From Pedosphaera sp. (GTDB lineage: Bacteria; Verrucomicrobiota; Verrucomicrobiia; Limisphaerales; SIBH01), in assembly GCA_031414955.1 (NCBI GenBank), contig JANOQV010000119.1, forward strand, positions 1 through 22,989: a stretch of DNA of 22,989 bases, written 5' to 3'. The number at the start of each line of letters is the position of its first letter. Position 1 is the first letter of the stretch. A model generated the notes under the pieces. The model saw only the letters and a list, made by a program, of their open reading frames with translations. It was not told where the DNA came from and ran no database searches. Position numbers and translations under genes: made by a program. Positions 1 to 8,265 of this stretch are shown here, one piece after another.

Positions 1-61
1 CCGCAGGGCGTGGCCGGGGCGGAAGTCGCAGGAACTGTTTCGATCCTCGGCCTGAGCGACC

Positions 62-87
62 TGCTGCGGGTTGAAAACCCGCGCGCC
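62..87. repeat. REP-like palindrome
   Basis: GCGGGTT-GAA-AACCCGC hairpin (66-82) inside TGCTGCGGGTTGAAAACCCGCGCGCC, downstream of the minus-strand hydrolase gene. Confidence 0.55.
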
Positions 88-172
88 GGTGAGGGATGCG
101 GCCCGCTCGCGGCCGACCCGCCTTTTCTGCCTCGGAATTCGGGGTTATCTCACCCCGCCCGGCCCCGGTCCC

Positions 173-2224
173 TTATGGTGCGATCCAGTCTGCGATTTGT
201 TCTTCGCTCAAGAGGGCGCTTTCCTGGCGATAGCGTTCCGGGACGTGCATGCCCCGGTAAACCTTCGTGATGAAACTGGTGGTGAACTTGGAGCCGACGT
301 TGTGCAGGAGGAGCGGGTTCGGGCCGCCGATCACGGCGACACCTTCAAAACCGCCCAGCGTGCGCAAGCCCGGCGTGAACAAATCGCGCTCCAGCAAATG
401 GCGGTCGTCGGTGGAATCGAATTGGACGCAATCCGCGACCAGCGCATCGGCGGCCGGCGCAGCCAGCATGGCCCAAAGTCCGGCGCGCCCGGAGCCGCAA
501 AGCACCACGCGGCGCCCCTTGCTCTGGGCCTGGGCAAAGGCGCAAGCCGTGACGAGATCCTGCACGCGTTCCTGCACCTCGGTGCGATTGTAGCCGGTGT
601 AGAAGTTGGCGAAGTAGTCGCGCGGCTTGGACTTGGTCCCGGCCATTTCGCCGGTTTGGAAGGTATCCAGCAGCAAGACGGAGAGGTTCTTCTGCAACAA
701 CTTTTGCGCCAGGCCTTTGGGCGCTCCCTGGGCGTCGAGGTAGGCCGCGCGGCCATCCGCATGAGCCAACACCACCATGGTGCGCAACGAGTCGCGGCGC
801 GGGGTGAGGAGCAACAGCGGAATCCGGTCGCCGCGCCCGGCCCGCCCAATGGTCAGGCGTGTGGCGGTGTAATTCTCGGCTTTGGTGATCTTGTCCGTCT
901 GGACCATCAGCCCGCGCTCCACAAACTCGACCTGCAACGAACGCTTCCAGGCCGGCAACATCTGCGCCCGGTAACGATCGAGCAGGGGCGGATTGACCGG
1001 GGCATAGGTCCACAAATTATCCAAGGTCTTCTTCTGCAGGTAGGCGATTAATTCTTCCTCCGTGAGGGCATTGGCGGGCCGCTTTCCATCCGGGAACACT
1101 TTCAGATCGGCATCCGGCTCCTTGGTGTAGGCCAATTCCTTCCTGGGCGCGCCATCGCCCTGGTGCAAGAGCGTCTGGGCAAAGAATCCATAAACCGCCT
1201 CGCGACTGGTCTGGTTGTAGTTGTGGTCAAAGTCATAGCGTACGAAGCGCAGTTCGGCGGCGGCGTTGAACATCTGATAAGCCTTGCGCACTGACGGGCC
1301 TTCAATTTCCAGGGTGGCGCGCGTCCAGTCGCCCGTGGCGGCCACGAACATCTGCGGGCGCGGCGCGGGCTGCGCCGCGTATTCCATGTTCGAGTAATCC
1401 ACGCGCAGCCCCGGCGCATTCTCACAAGAGCAGCCGCCTTGCATGGAATGCGAGACCATGACAATGGGGGCCTGAACAGCCAACCGCTCCTCAACCGCGC
1501 CGAGCATGAAGGTCTGCGTTCCCCCGCCGGATTCGCCGGTACAGGCCACGCGGTTGGCATCCACGTCGGGCAGCGCGAGCAGGAAGTCGAGGGCGCGAAT
1601 GGTGTTCCACGTTTGCAAGCCCATCTGGTTGATGTTCCAGAGCTGGTTGGTGGGGTCATTCGCGAAGTGGCGGTGCGTGTTATCTCCGGCCGGGCGGGCC
1701 GGGCGGGCGAACTGCGTGTCGTTATAGCCCACCATGTCCCAGGAGAATGCGACCAGGCCCTGCCTCGCGAAATGGATGCAGCGCGCCGCGATGCTCCCGG
1801 CGGCTTCATCAGCGAAGCGGCCGGTGTTCCAATGGCCGTGCGGATTCAGCACGCCGGGAAACGGCCCGGCCCCCCGTCCCAGGGGACGGTAGAGATTGCC
1901 CGCCACGTAGAATCCGGGGTGGCTCTGGAAATAGACTTTCTCCACGGAGTAACCCTCGCGCTCCACGCGTCCGAAAACTTTCGCTTCGAGGGGAGTCTTT
2001 TCCGGCAACGGCCACAGGCCACAACTGACCAGAGCTTGCTCGCGAATGGCCTGGGCGCGCTGCTGCCATTCGAGCTTGGAGGCAAACTCGGGAAAGGTCC
2101 GCCGCGTGTTCAACGTCCTGACCGGACCACTCCGCTCGTCCTGCTCGGGAAGCACTGGCTGGGCGGCGCGCAGGCCAACGGCTCCCGCGCAGGCCAGCCC
2201 TAATAGTGTCGGAAACTTCATCAT
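173..2224 (-). CDS. Secreted alpha/beta hydrolase, acetylxylan-esterase-like, with two hydrolase-like modules
   Basis: Start trimmed to ATG 2224 (or 2221), giving the signal peptide MMKFPTLLGLACAGAVGLRAA. Motifs: GNLYRP, PHGH, DMVGYND, nucleophile elbow GESGGG, HNYN. The second module has GSGRAG at the elbow position. Confidence 0.8.
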   Translation of the reverse strand: MMKFPTLLGLACAGAVGLRAAQPVLPEQDERSGPVRTLNTRRTFPEFASKLEWQQRAQAIREQALVSCGLWPLPEKTPLEAKVFGRVEREGYSVEKVYFQSHPGFYVAGNLYRPLGRGAGPFPGVLNPHGHWNTGRFADEAAGSIAARCIHFARQGLVAFSWDMVGYNDTQFARPARPAGDNTHRHFANDPTNQLWNINQMGLQTWNTIRALDFLLALPDVDANRVACTGESGGGTQTFMLGAVEERLAVQAPIVMVSHSMQGGCSCENAPGLRVDYSNMEYAAQPAPRPQMFVAATGDWTRATLEIEGPSVRKAYQMFNAAAELRFVRYDFDHNYNQTSREAVYGFFAQTLLHQGDGAPRKELAYTKEPDADLKVFPDGKRPANALTEEELIAYLQKKTLDNLWTYAPVNPPLLDRYRAQMLPAWKRSLQVEFVERGLMVQTDKITKAENYTATRLTIGRAGRGDRIPLLLLTPRRDSLRTMVVLAHADGRAAYLDAQGAPKGLAQKLLQKNLSVLLLDTFQTGEMAGTKSKPRDYFANFYTGYNRTEVQERVQDLVTACAFAQAQSKGRRVVLCGSGRAGLWAMLAAPAADALVADCVQFDSTDDRHLLERDLFTPGLRTLGGFEGVAVIGGPNPLLLHNVGSKFTTSFITKVYRGMHVPERYRQESALLSEEQIADWIAP

Positions 2225-2292
2225 GGATTGCCCGGAACCGTAGGCAAAGCCACCCAGGGAGGTAAGAAAATTTTGCAACGTCGGAAAGCCCG

Positions 2293-2321
2293 TTGTCACC
2301 GTTGGAAAAGCCCGTTAGCCT
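2293..2321 (+). promoter_or_regulatory. Putative sigma70 promoter
   Basis: TTGTCA(2293-2298)-17 bp-TAGCCT(2316-2321), 8 nt before ATG 2330; no Shine-Dalgarno visible. Confidence 0.55.
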
Positions 2322-2329
2322 TTTCCGAC

Positions 2330-2728
2330 ATGAGTGCGCCAAGAATTCTTTACTGCCACTGCACGCACGCCCAAGTCGTGCCCAGAGAGGTCAAGGAAGC
2401 CGTGCTCAAGAAACTCTGCGACTCGGGTGTCTCCTTCGAGGCCGTGGCGGACCTGTGCGAAATGTCCGCGCGGCAGGACGCCGCGCTGCAACGACTCGCC
2501 GCCGGTGACAGCATCAAAATCGCGGCCTGCTACCCGCGCGCCGTGAAGTGGCTTTTCCACACCGCCAAGGCTCCCCTGCCCGTGGCCGGAACCGAGGTGC
2601 TGAACATGCGGGTGCAATCGGCCGAGGAAGTCGGGGCCGCGCTGTTTGAACAGGAATTGAAACCCAACCTGCCCGCGGGCAAGGAAACCAAACCGTCCGC
2701 TGCGGAACTGCCCGCGGCCGCCGCCTGA
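2330..2728 (+). CDS. Small putative Fe-S protein resembling the HdrA N-terminal domain
   Basis: 132 aa from ATG 2330. Motifs RILYCHC, DLCEMS, IAACYPR and EVLNMR parallel the HdrA N-terminal pattern VxVCHC / xxCS / AACSPR / xNIRE. 2-bp gap to the ferredoxin gene. Confidence 0.65.
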   Translation: MSAPRILYCHCTHAQVVPREVKEAVLKKLCDSGVSFEAVADLCEMSARQDAALQRLAAGDSIKIAACYPRAVKWLFHTAKAPLPVAGTEVLNMRVQSAEEVGAALFEQELKPNLPAGKETKPSAAELPAAAA

Positions 2729-2730
2729 TT

Positions 2731-3582
2731 ATGAGCATCAAAGACCAAACCACCCTCCGCGTTGTGCTCTATGAAGGCGAGGGAGCCCAACCACTGGATG
2801 CTGCGGACAGCTTGGCCGCCCTGACCGCGCTCTTGGATCGCGGCTACGCCGTCACCCGCACCACCACGCGCGGGAGCGTGGCTTCCGACGACCACACCTC
2901 GCTGCTCGTGCTGGGCCGATTTGGGGCAAGCGCCCCCGTGGCCGAAGACGCCACCGGCCGCAGCGCCGTGCAATTCCGGAATCTCGATCAAACTGGAATC
3001 CAGGGTGTCGCCGACCTCGTCGAGGCCGAACGCTCCCAACGAGGCGCGGCCCAGCACGGCGAATGGAGGCCGTGGTTTCCCGTCATCGACTACGACCGCT
3101 GCACCAACTGCATGCAGTGCCTGAGCTTCTGCCTCTTCGGTGTCTATGGGGTCGATGAGGGCGGCAAGATTCAGGCGCAGAACCACGACAACTGCAAAAC
3201 CAACTGCCCCGCCTGTTCGCGCGTCTGCCCCGAGGCCGCGATCATGTTCCCGAAATATAAGTCCGGCCCCATCAACGGTGACCTGGTGAGCGCGGAGGAC
3301 TTGGATCGGGAGAAGATGAAGATCGACATCAGCGCCCTGCTCGGCGGCGATGTTTACTCCATGCTGCGCCAGCGCAGCGAGCGCGCCCAGACCCGCTTCA
3401 GCAAGGAACGCGACGCGAACAAGGCTTTGACCGAGCGGCAGAAGTGCCTGGTCAAGCTGGCTCAAGCTGGCGACATCCCGGCGGAAGTCTTGATGAGCCT
3501 GCCCTCGCCGGACGAAATCATGCGCCGCGCTGAAGAAGCGAAGGCCAAAGCCCAGGCGGCTCTGGCGGCCCAGCCGAAATAA
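2731..3582 (+). CDS. 4Fe-4S dicluster (ferredoxin-family) protein with N- and C-terminal extensions
   Basis: WFPVIDYDRCTNCMQCLSFCLFG (CxxCxxCxxxC) and CKTNCPACSRVCP (CxxxCxxCxxxCP); charged helical C-terminal tail. Confidence 0.85.
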   Translation: MSIKDQTTLRVVLYEGEGAQPLDAADSLAALTALLDRGYAVTRTTTRGSVASDDHTSLLVLGRFGASAPVAEDATGRSAVQFRNLDQTGIQGVADLVEAERSQRGAAQHGEWRPWFPVIDYDRCTNCMQCLSFCLFGVYGVDEGGKIQAQNHDNCKTNCPACSRVCPEAAIMFPKYKSGPINGDLVSAEDLDREKMKIDISALLGGDVYSMLRQRSERAQTRFSKERDANKALTERQKCLVKLAQAGDIPAEVLMSLPSPDEIMRRAEEAKAKAQAALAAQPK

Positions 3583-3609
3583 GGCGGTCGGGACGAAGCA
3601 GCCGGCCAC

Positions 3610-4917
3610 TCATGGAGCGGCGATCTTGGGCTGAGCCTTCTGCCACTCGGCCTCGGTGGCATTCTTCAAGCCATGGATATGCACGAAGGTGCCCTTCTTG
3701 TTGCCCACGATCACGTCCGGCAATTTGTCACCGTTGAGGTCCGCCGCCAACACTTGCGTCCCCACGCCACTGTCCAGGTCGATCGGATAAGGCAGCCAGT
3801 CCACGTCCTGAGCGGAGTTGCGGACGAGCTTGAACCAGTAAACCACCGCCGCGCCCGCCGGGTCAGCATCGCCATGCGCGCCGTGAGCCCAAAATCGTTT
3901 ACCGGTCACGATGTCCTTGAGGCCATCGCCATCCATGTCCACGAGATCCACGGCGTGCAATTGCGAGAAAACCACGCCGTATTTGTTTTCCTTGGCTGTC
4001 TTGCCGGTGATGCGGTGCTCGGTGAAGGAAATTTTCCCGCCGTCCCGCTTCTGCTCAAACCACGAGAGTCCATAACCGTGGGCCTCCAGGCTGGTGATCA
4101 CGTCATTCCACCCGTCACCGTTCACGTCGTAGGCGTACATCTGCGCGCCGCCTCGACCGAAGTTCGCGGCGTGCTTGGTCCATTCGCCCTCCGCCCTGGC
4201 TTCCCACCAACCGCTGGCCTCCAGCAGGTCCGCCTTGCCGTCGCCATTCACGTCGCCAAAGCCCATGCCGTGGCTGAAGCGTTGCCACCCGCCCTTGGGG
4301 GTCACCGCGTGCCAGGTCCAGGGCTGGGCAGGATTGCTCCAATCCGGCGCGGCGTAGCCGAAGGTGCCGCGCGAGTTGGACACAATCTCGGGCTGGCCAT
4401 CGCCGGTGAGGTCGCCCCACTGCGGTGATTCATTGTCCACCACGTCGTAAACCTTGTGCCTCGTCCAGTGTTCAGCGCCGGCGGCATTCTTCGCGCCCTT
4501 GGGATTCTCGAACCACGAAGCGTCCAAACCGGGAAAGCCGTAGATCAAGATGTCGTCCCAGCCGTCCTTGTTGAAATCATGGGTGAAGGCGAAAAAATTG
4601 TCCGAGTAGGTGTTGTTCTGCCCGAGCGCGCCCTCAAAGCCGGGAATGGGAATCTTGGAGACTGGCCCAAGCTTGAAGCTCTTCGTGGCCGGATAGTACT
4701 CGTGCCGCGCCTTGAAATCCGGCCCTTCCCACCAATACGGCCCGGACACCACATCCGTTTGGCCGTCGTGATTGAAGTCGCCGATGGCAGCGCCCTCGCT
4801 CCAGAACTGATCGCTGAGTTGAAGCTTTTTCCAGGTGTGAACAGTGAAGTCGGCCGCGAGGGAGGAGGCGGCGCAGGCCGCGCAGACCGCCGCGAAAGCA
4901 ATTGATGTCTTGGTCAT
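3610..4917 (-). CDS. Secreted FG-GAP/VCBS repeat protein
   Basis: Start trimmed to ATG 4917 (signal peptide MTKTSIAFAAVCAACAASSLAA). Repeated DxNxDGxxD motifs (DFNHDGQTD, DFNKDGWDD, DVNGDGKAD, DMDGDGLKD, DLNGDKLPD). Confidence 0.88.
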   Translation of the reverse strand: MTKTSIAFAAVCAACAASSLAADFTVHTWKKLQLSDQFWSEGAAIGDFNHDGQTDVVSGPYWWEGPDFKARHEYYPATKSFKLGPVSKIPIPGFEGALGQNNTYSDNFFAFTHDFNKDGWDDILIYGFPGLDASWFENPKGAKNAAGAEHWTRHKVYDVVDNESPQWGDLTGDGQPEIVSNSRGTFGYAAPDWSNPAQPWTWHAVTPKGGWQRFSHGMGFGDVNGDGKADLLEASGWWEARAEGEWTKHAANFGRGGAQMYAYDVNGDGWNDVITSLEAHGYGLSWFEQKRDGGKISFTEHRITGKTAKENKYGVVFSQLHAVDLVDMDGDGLKDIVTGKRFWAHGAHGDADPAGAAVVYWFKLVRNSAQDVDWLPYPIDLDSGVGTQVLAADLNGDKLPDVIVGNKKGTFVHIHGLKNATEAEWQKAQPKIAAP

Positions 4918-5025
4918 ACGCAAGGTCTGCCAGAGCAGAGCGCCGGAAGCAAGACGAGGGTCAGCTATTTGCCGGGGCACCCCCCAGCCCAGCGATGACC
5001 CGCGCAGGAGGGTGGACAAAGGAAC

Positions 5026-5084
5026 GCCCCGGTGGGGGCCGGACAAACACACAGAATTTCTTGTCCGTTCCCCCGCTCCGGGGC
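5026..5084. repeat. Imperfect inverted repeat (REP-like element or terminator)
   Basis: GCCCCGGTGGGGGCCGGACAA ... TTGTCCGTTCCCCCGCTCCGGGGC, lying between the desulfurase stop and the FG-GAP start. Confidence 0.4.
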
Positions 5085-5169
5085 AAATCAACCGCACCTC
5101 GACCAACGGGCTGCAATCAGCTACTCAAACCAGGTTGGCGGCTCTTCAAGTGGTGCTGGTGGCCAGACC

Positions 5170-6339
5170 TTATCCCGGCTCCACGCCGTTTTCCAGAACC
5201 TTCTGCCGGGCCGCCGGGATCGTTCCCGGCACGGACTTCAAGGCGGCCAGGAGTACGTTCCAGTCCTCCATCGTCGTGTCCCAACCGGCACTGAAGCGGA
5301 GCGCGCGCCCGGCTTGCGCCGCCGTGTGGCCCATCGCGAGCAATACTGGAGACGGCTGCTCCTTGCCGCTGGAACAGGCGGAACCGGTCGAGACGGCGAA
5401 GCCCAGCTTGTCGAGTTTCACCACCCAACGCGGCTGACCATCCGCCTCCGGCATGAGCGCAGAAACCGTGTTCCAGAGACGCGGACTGCGGACTGCGGCG
5501 ATGGCGCAACCGGGCAAGGCGGTGAGCAATCCTTGCTCAAAGTCATCGCGCCCGGTGCCAAGCGCGACGAAGTCTCCACGTCCGATCTGTTGTGTGCGCC
5601 ACTCCAAAGCGGCGAGCATGGCGAGCACTCCGGCCACGTTCTCGGTGCCGGCCCGCCGCGTTTCCTCCTGCGGCCCGCCCCGCAGCAACGGCGTGAGGGC
5701 GAGGGTTGAGGGGACTTTGAGAAAACCGACGCCGCGCGGGCCACCAAACTTGTGCGCCGCGCCGGAGAGCCAATCACACACGCCCAGATCGCCCGCTGGA
5801 AGTTTGCCAATCCATTGCGCCGCGTCGCAGAAGAACGGAACTTCCCGCGGACGACAAAGCGCCTGCGCCGCGCGCCACGGTTGCAGCGCCCCCGTCTCAT
5901 TGTTCGCGGCCATGAGAGCCACGAGCGCCGGGCGCTGCCGGGACAACTGATCCTCCAGCCAATTGAGATCCGCGATGCCGTCCTGCGTCGCGGGGATCAC
6001 TTTCAACCGCGGACCAAAGTAAAACCTCGCCGGATCCAGCACGCAGGGGTGTTCGAGAGCCGACACCCACACTTCGCCCTCGGCCGCTCCGGTGCGCGCG
6101 TAGTGGTGCAACACCGTGTTGTTCGATTCCGTGGCCCCCGAGGTGAAGACGATCTCTGACTCATGGCAGCCCAGCCTCGAGGCCAGTGATTCCCGCGCTT
6201 CGCCCAGCGCGGCCTCGGCCCGCGCGCCCAGTCGGTGCGGACTGCTCGGATTGCCCGGAAATTTCTCCGTGGCCTCCAGCCAGGCCCGCCGAGCCTCCGG
6301 CAACAAGGGCGTGGTGGCGTTATGGTCGAAGTAAATCAA
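5170..6339 (-). CDS. Group I cysteine desulfurase (IscS/NifS-like, PLP-dependent)
   Basis: TTG start; YFDHNATTP, FTSGATESNN, MAANNETG, PLP-lysine motif HKFGGPRG, RAGTENV, catalytic loop STGSACSS. Confidence 0.93.
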   Translation of the reverse strand: MIYFDHNATTPLLPEARRAWLEATEKFPGNPSSPHRLGARAEAALGEARESLASRLGCHESEIVFTSGATESNNTVLHHYARTGAAEGEVWVSALEHPCVLDPARFYFGPRLKVIPATQDGIADLNWLEDQLSRQRPALVALMAANNETGALQPWRAAQALCRPREVPFFCDAAQWIGKLPAGDLGVCDWLSGAAHKFGGPRGVGFLKVPSTLALTPLLRGGPQEETRRAGTENVAGVLAMLAALEWRTQQIGRGDFVALGTGRDDFEQGLLTALPGCAIAAVRSPRLWNTVSALMPEADGQPRWVVKLDKLGFAVSTGSACSSGKEQPSPVLLAMGHTAAQAGRALRFSAGWDTTMEDWNVLLAALKSVPGTIPAARQKVLENGVEPG

Positions 6340-6430
6340 GGTGCGATTGGAACGGCGGCACGCCGGGCAGGCGAGAAAATTTGTTCACCTGCGCGCCAGG
6401 GTCTGCGCAAACAAGCCAACAAGCTGAAGC

Positions 6431-6458
6431 TTGAACTCCCACCGCGCCGCCTTACCGT
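6431..6458 (+). promoter_or_regulatory. Putative sigma70 promoter for the gcvH-like/GTPase operon
   Basis: TTGAAC-16 bp-TACCGT, 7 nt upstream of GTG 6466. Confidence 0.4.
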
Positions 6459-6465
6459 CCGGCGC

Positions 6466-6936
6466 GTGGACACCAGCAAGCCGACGACTCTTTTCTACAA
6501 GCGCTCGCATTTCGTGACGCATCTGCCGGTGGATTGCCTCTACTCACGTTCCCACTTCTGGATCGCGCGCCAGCCGGATGACACCTGGCGCGTGGGCCTG
6601 ACCAAGTTCGCCACCCGGATGCTCGGCGACATGGTCGATCACGGATTCGAGACGCCGGCGGATTCGCCGGTCGCGGTCGGACAAATCATCGGCTGGGTCG
6701 AGGGGTTCAAAGCCATCTCGGATGTTTATTGTGTGGTGACGGGAACTCTCCTGGGCGGCAATCCTGAACTGCGCGAGAAAATTTCCCTGATCGACAAGCA
6801 TTGTTACGACCGCGGCTGGCTCTATGCCGTGGGTGGCACTCCCGACGAACGATGCCTGGATGTGAACGCCTATCGCGAGCATCTCGACCGCGCGATTGAT
6901 TTGATCCTCTCGAAACAGAAAACTGAAGACGCATGA
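6466..6936 (+). CDS. GcvH-like lipoyl-carrier protein
   Basis: Probable GTG start at 6466 (the longer ORF overlaps the desulfurase gene). H-protein hallmarks YSRSHFW, VGLTKFATRMLGD, lipoylation-type motif VEGFKA (cf. VESVKA), N...YDRGWLY. Confidence 0.82.
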   Translation: MDTSKPTTLFYKRSHFVTHLPVDCLYSRSHFWIARQPDDTWRVGLTKFATRMLGDMVDHGFETPADSPVAVGQIIGWVEGFKAISDVYCVVTGTLLGGNPELREKISLIDKHCYDRGWLYAVGGTPDERCLDVNAYREHLDRAIDLILSKQKTEDA

Positions 6937-8105
6937 ACCTCAAGTCCAAGAGCCAAGGTCCAAATTCGGGGAAGGCGCGCTATGTGATGATCGGCGGCTT
7001 CCTCGGCGCGGGCAAGACCACGGCGGTGGCCCGGCTGGCGGAGCGGTTGACTCAGGGCGGGCGGCGCGTGGGACTCATCACCAACGATCAAGGGGTGGAG
7101 TTGGTGGACACGGCCATGCTCCGAGCGCGCGGCTTCGCCACGGAGGAAATCCCCGGCGGCTGCTTCTGCTGCCGGTTCAACTCGCTGGTTGAGGCCGCGC
7201 AAAAGCTGACGGACAGCACGCGACCCGAGGTGTTCATCGCGGAACCAGTGGGCAGTTGCACCGATCTGGTGGCGACGGTCACTTATCCGCTGCGGCGTAT
7301 TTACGGGGACAGTTTTTCCATCGCGCCCCTGAGTGTGCTGGTCGATCCGGTGCGGGCGGCGCGAGTGTTTGGATTGGACGCGGGGGGCAAATTCTCCGAG
7401 AAGGTGACCTACATCTACCGCAAGCAACTGGAAGAGGCCGACCTGATCGTCATTAACAAGAGCGAGACCGTGGACGCGCCCAGGCTCGAAGCTCTGCGCT
7501 CCAGACTCCGGGAGGAATTCCCCAGCGCCGAAGTGTTCGCGGCCTCGGCCCGCACCGGCATGGGACTCGAGGCATGGTTCGAACACCTTGCGGCGGCGGA
7601 ACAAATCGCGCGCGCCACGATGCCGGTGGACTACTCGCTTTACGGCCAGGGAGAGGCCTTGCTCGGCTGGTTAAACGCCACGGTGGCGCTGCGGGGCGCA
7701 AACGGTGACTTCGATGGCAATGCGGCGGTGCAAACGCTCTGCCAGGAGTTGCAGCACCACCTCGCCGCCGCCGGGGCCGAGGTCGCGCATTTGAAAATGA
7801 CGTTGAGTCCCGAGGCCGGGCTGTCCGATCTCGCGGTCATCAATCTGGTGCGTAACGACCACGTCCCCGAACTGTCTCAAATGTTGGGCGCGGAAATCGC
7901 CCGCGGCCAGCTCATCATCAACCTGCGCGCGGAGGCGGACCCCGAGCGCCTGCGCGCCGCGCTGGCCGCCGCGCTGGCCGCCGTGTTTCCCGCTGATTCT
8001 TTGGTGGAGGCGCGTTTGGAACATTTGGAAGCCTTCCAACCCGGCCAGCCCCGGCCGACTCACCGCGACGTGATTGTCTCCCCGCCGAAAGTTTTCGGAG
8101 CGTGA
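6933..8105 (+). CDS. CobW/COG0523-like G3E P-loop GTPase (putative metallochaperone)
   Basis: GGFLGAGKTT (Walker A), ITNDQG, GCFCC metal motif, EPVG (ExxG), INKSE. ATGA overlap with the gcvH-like stop. Confidence 0.88.
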   Translation: MNLKSKSQGPNSGKARYVMIGGFLGAGKTTAVARLAERLTQGGRRVGLITNDQGVELVDTAMLRARGFATEEIPGGCFCCRFNSLVEAAQKLTDSTRPEVFIAEPVGSCTDLVATVTYPLRRIYGDSFSIAPLSVLVDPVRAARVFGLDAGGKFSEKVTYIYRKQLEEADLIVINKSETVDAPRLEALRSRLREEFPSAEVFAASARTGMGLEAWFEHLAAAEQIARATMPVDYSLYGQGEALLGWLNATVALRGANGDFDGNAAVQTLCQELQHHLAAAGAEVAHLKMTLSPEAGLSDLAVINLVRNDHVPELSQMLGAEIARGQLIINLRAEADPERLRAALAAALAAVFPADSLVEARLEHLEAFQPGQPRPTHRDVIVSPPKVFGA

Positions 8106-8265
8106 CGTGGCTTTCCGAGACCGGTTGACTGCTCTGCGCTGTAACCTCGGCGATCAGTTCAATTCGCCTCGGCCCACCCCGCGGCTCCATCAGCAAACCT
8201 CCCCGCCGTTCGCAGGCCGCACTTGCCGAGACGAATTCTCCTCCCGCACACTCCGTCCGAAACTC

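Noticed and set aside
6235..6465. N-terminal extension of the GcvH-like ORF
   Set aside because: It overlaps the desulfurase start and the divergent promoter region; H-protein similarity begins after GTG 6466.
2330..8105. Canonical isc/suf/nif operon, glycine cleavage operon or sHdr cluster
   Set aside because: No scaffold or carrier proteins, no GcvP/T/L, no HdrB/C or flavin-binding HdrA in the window.
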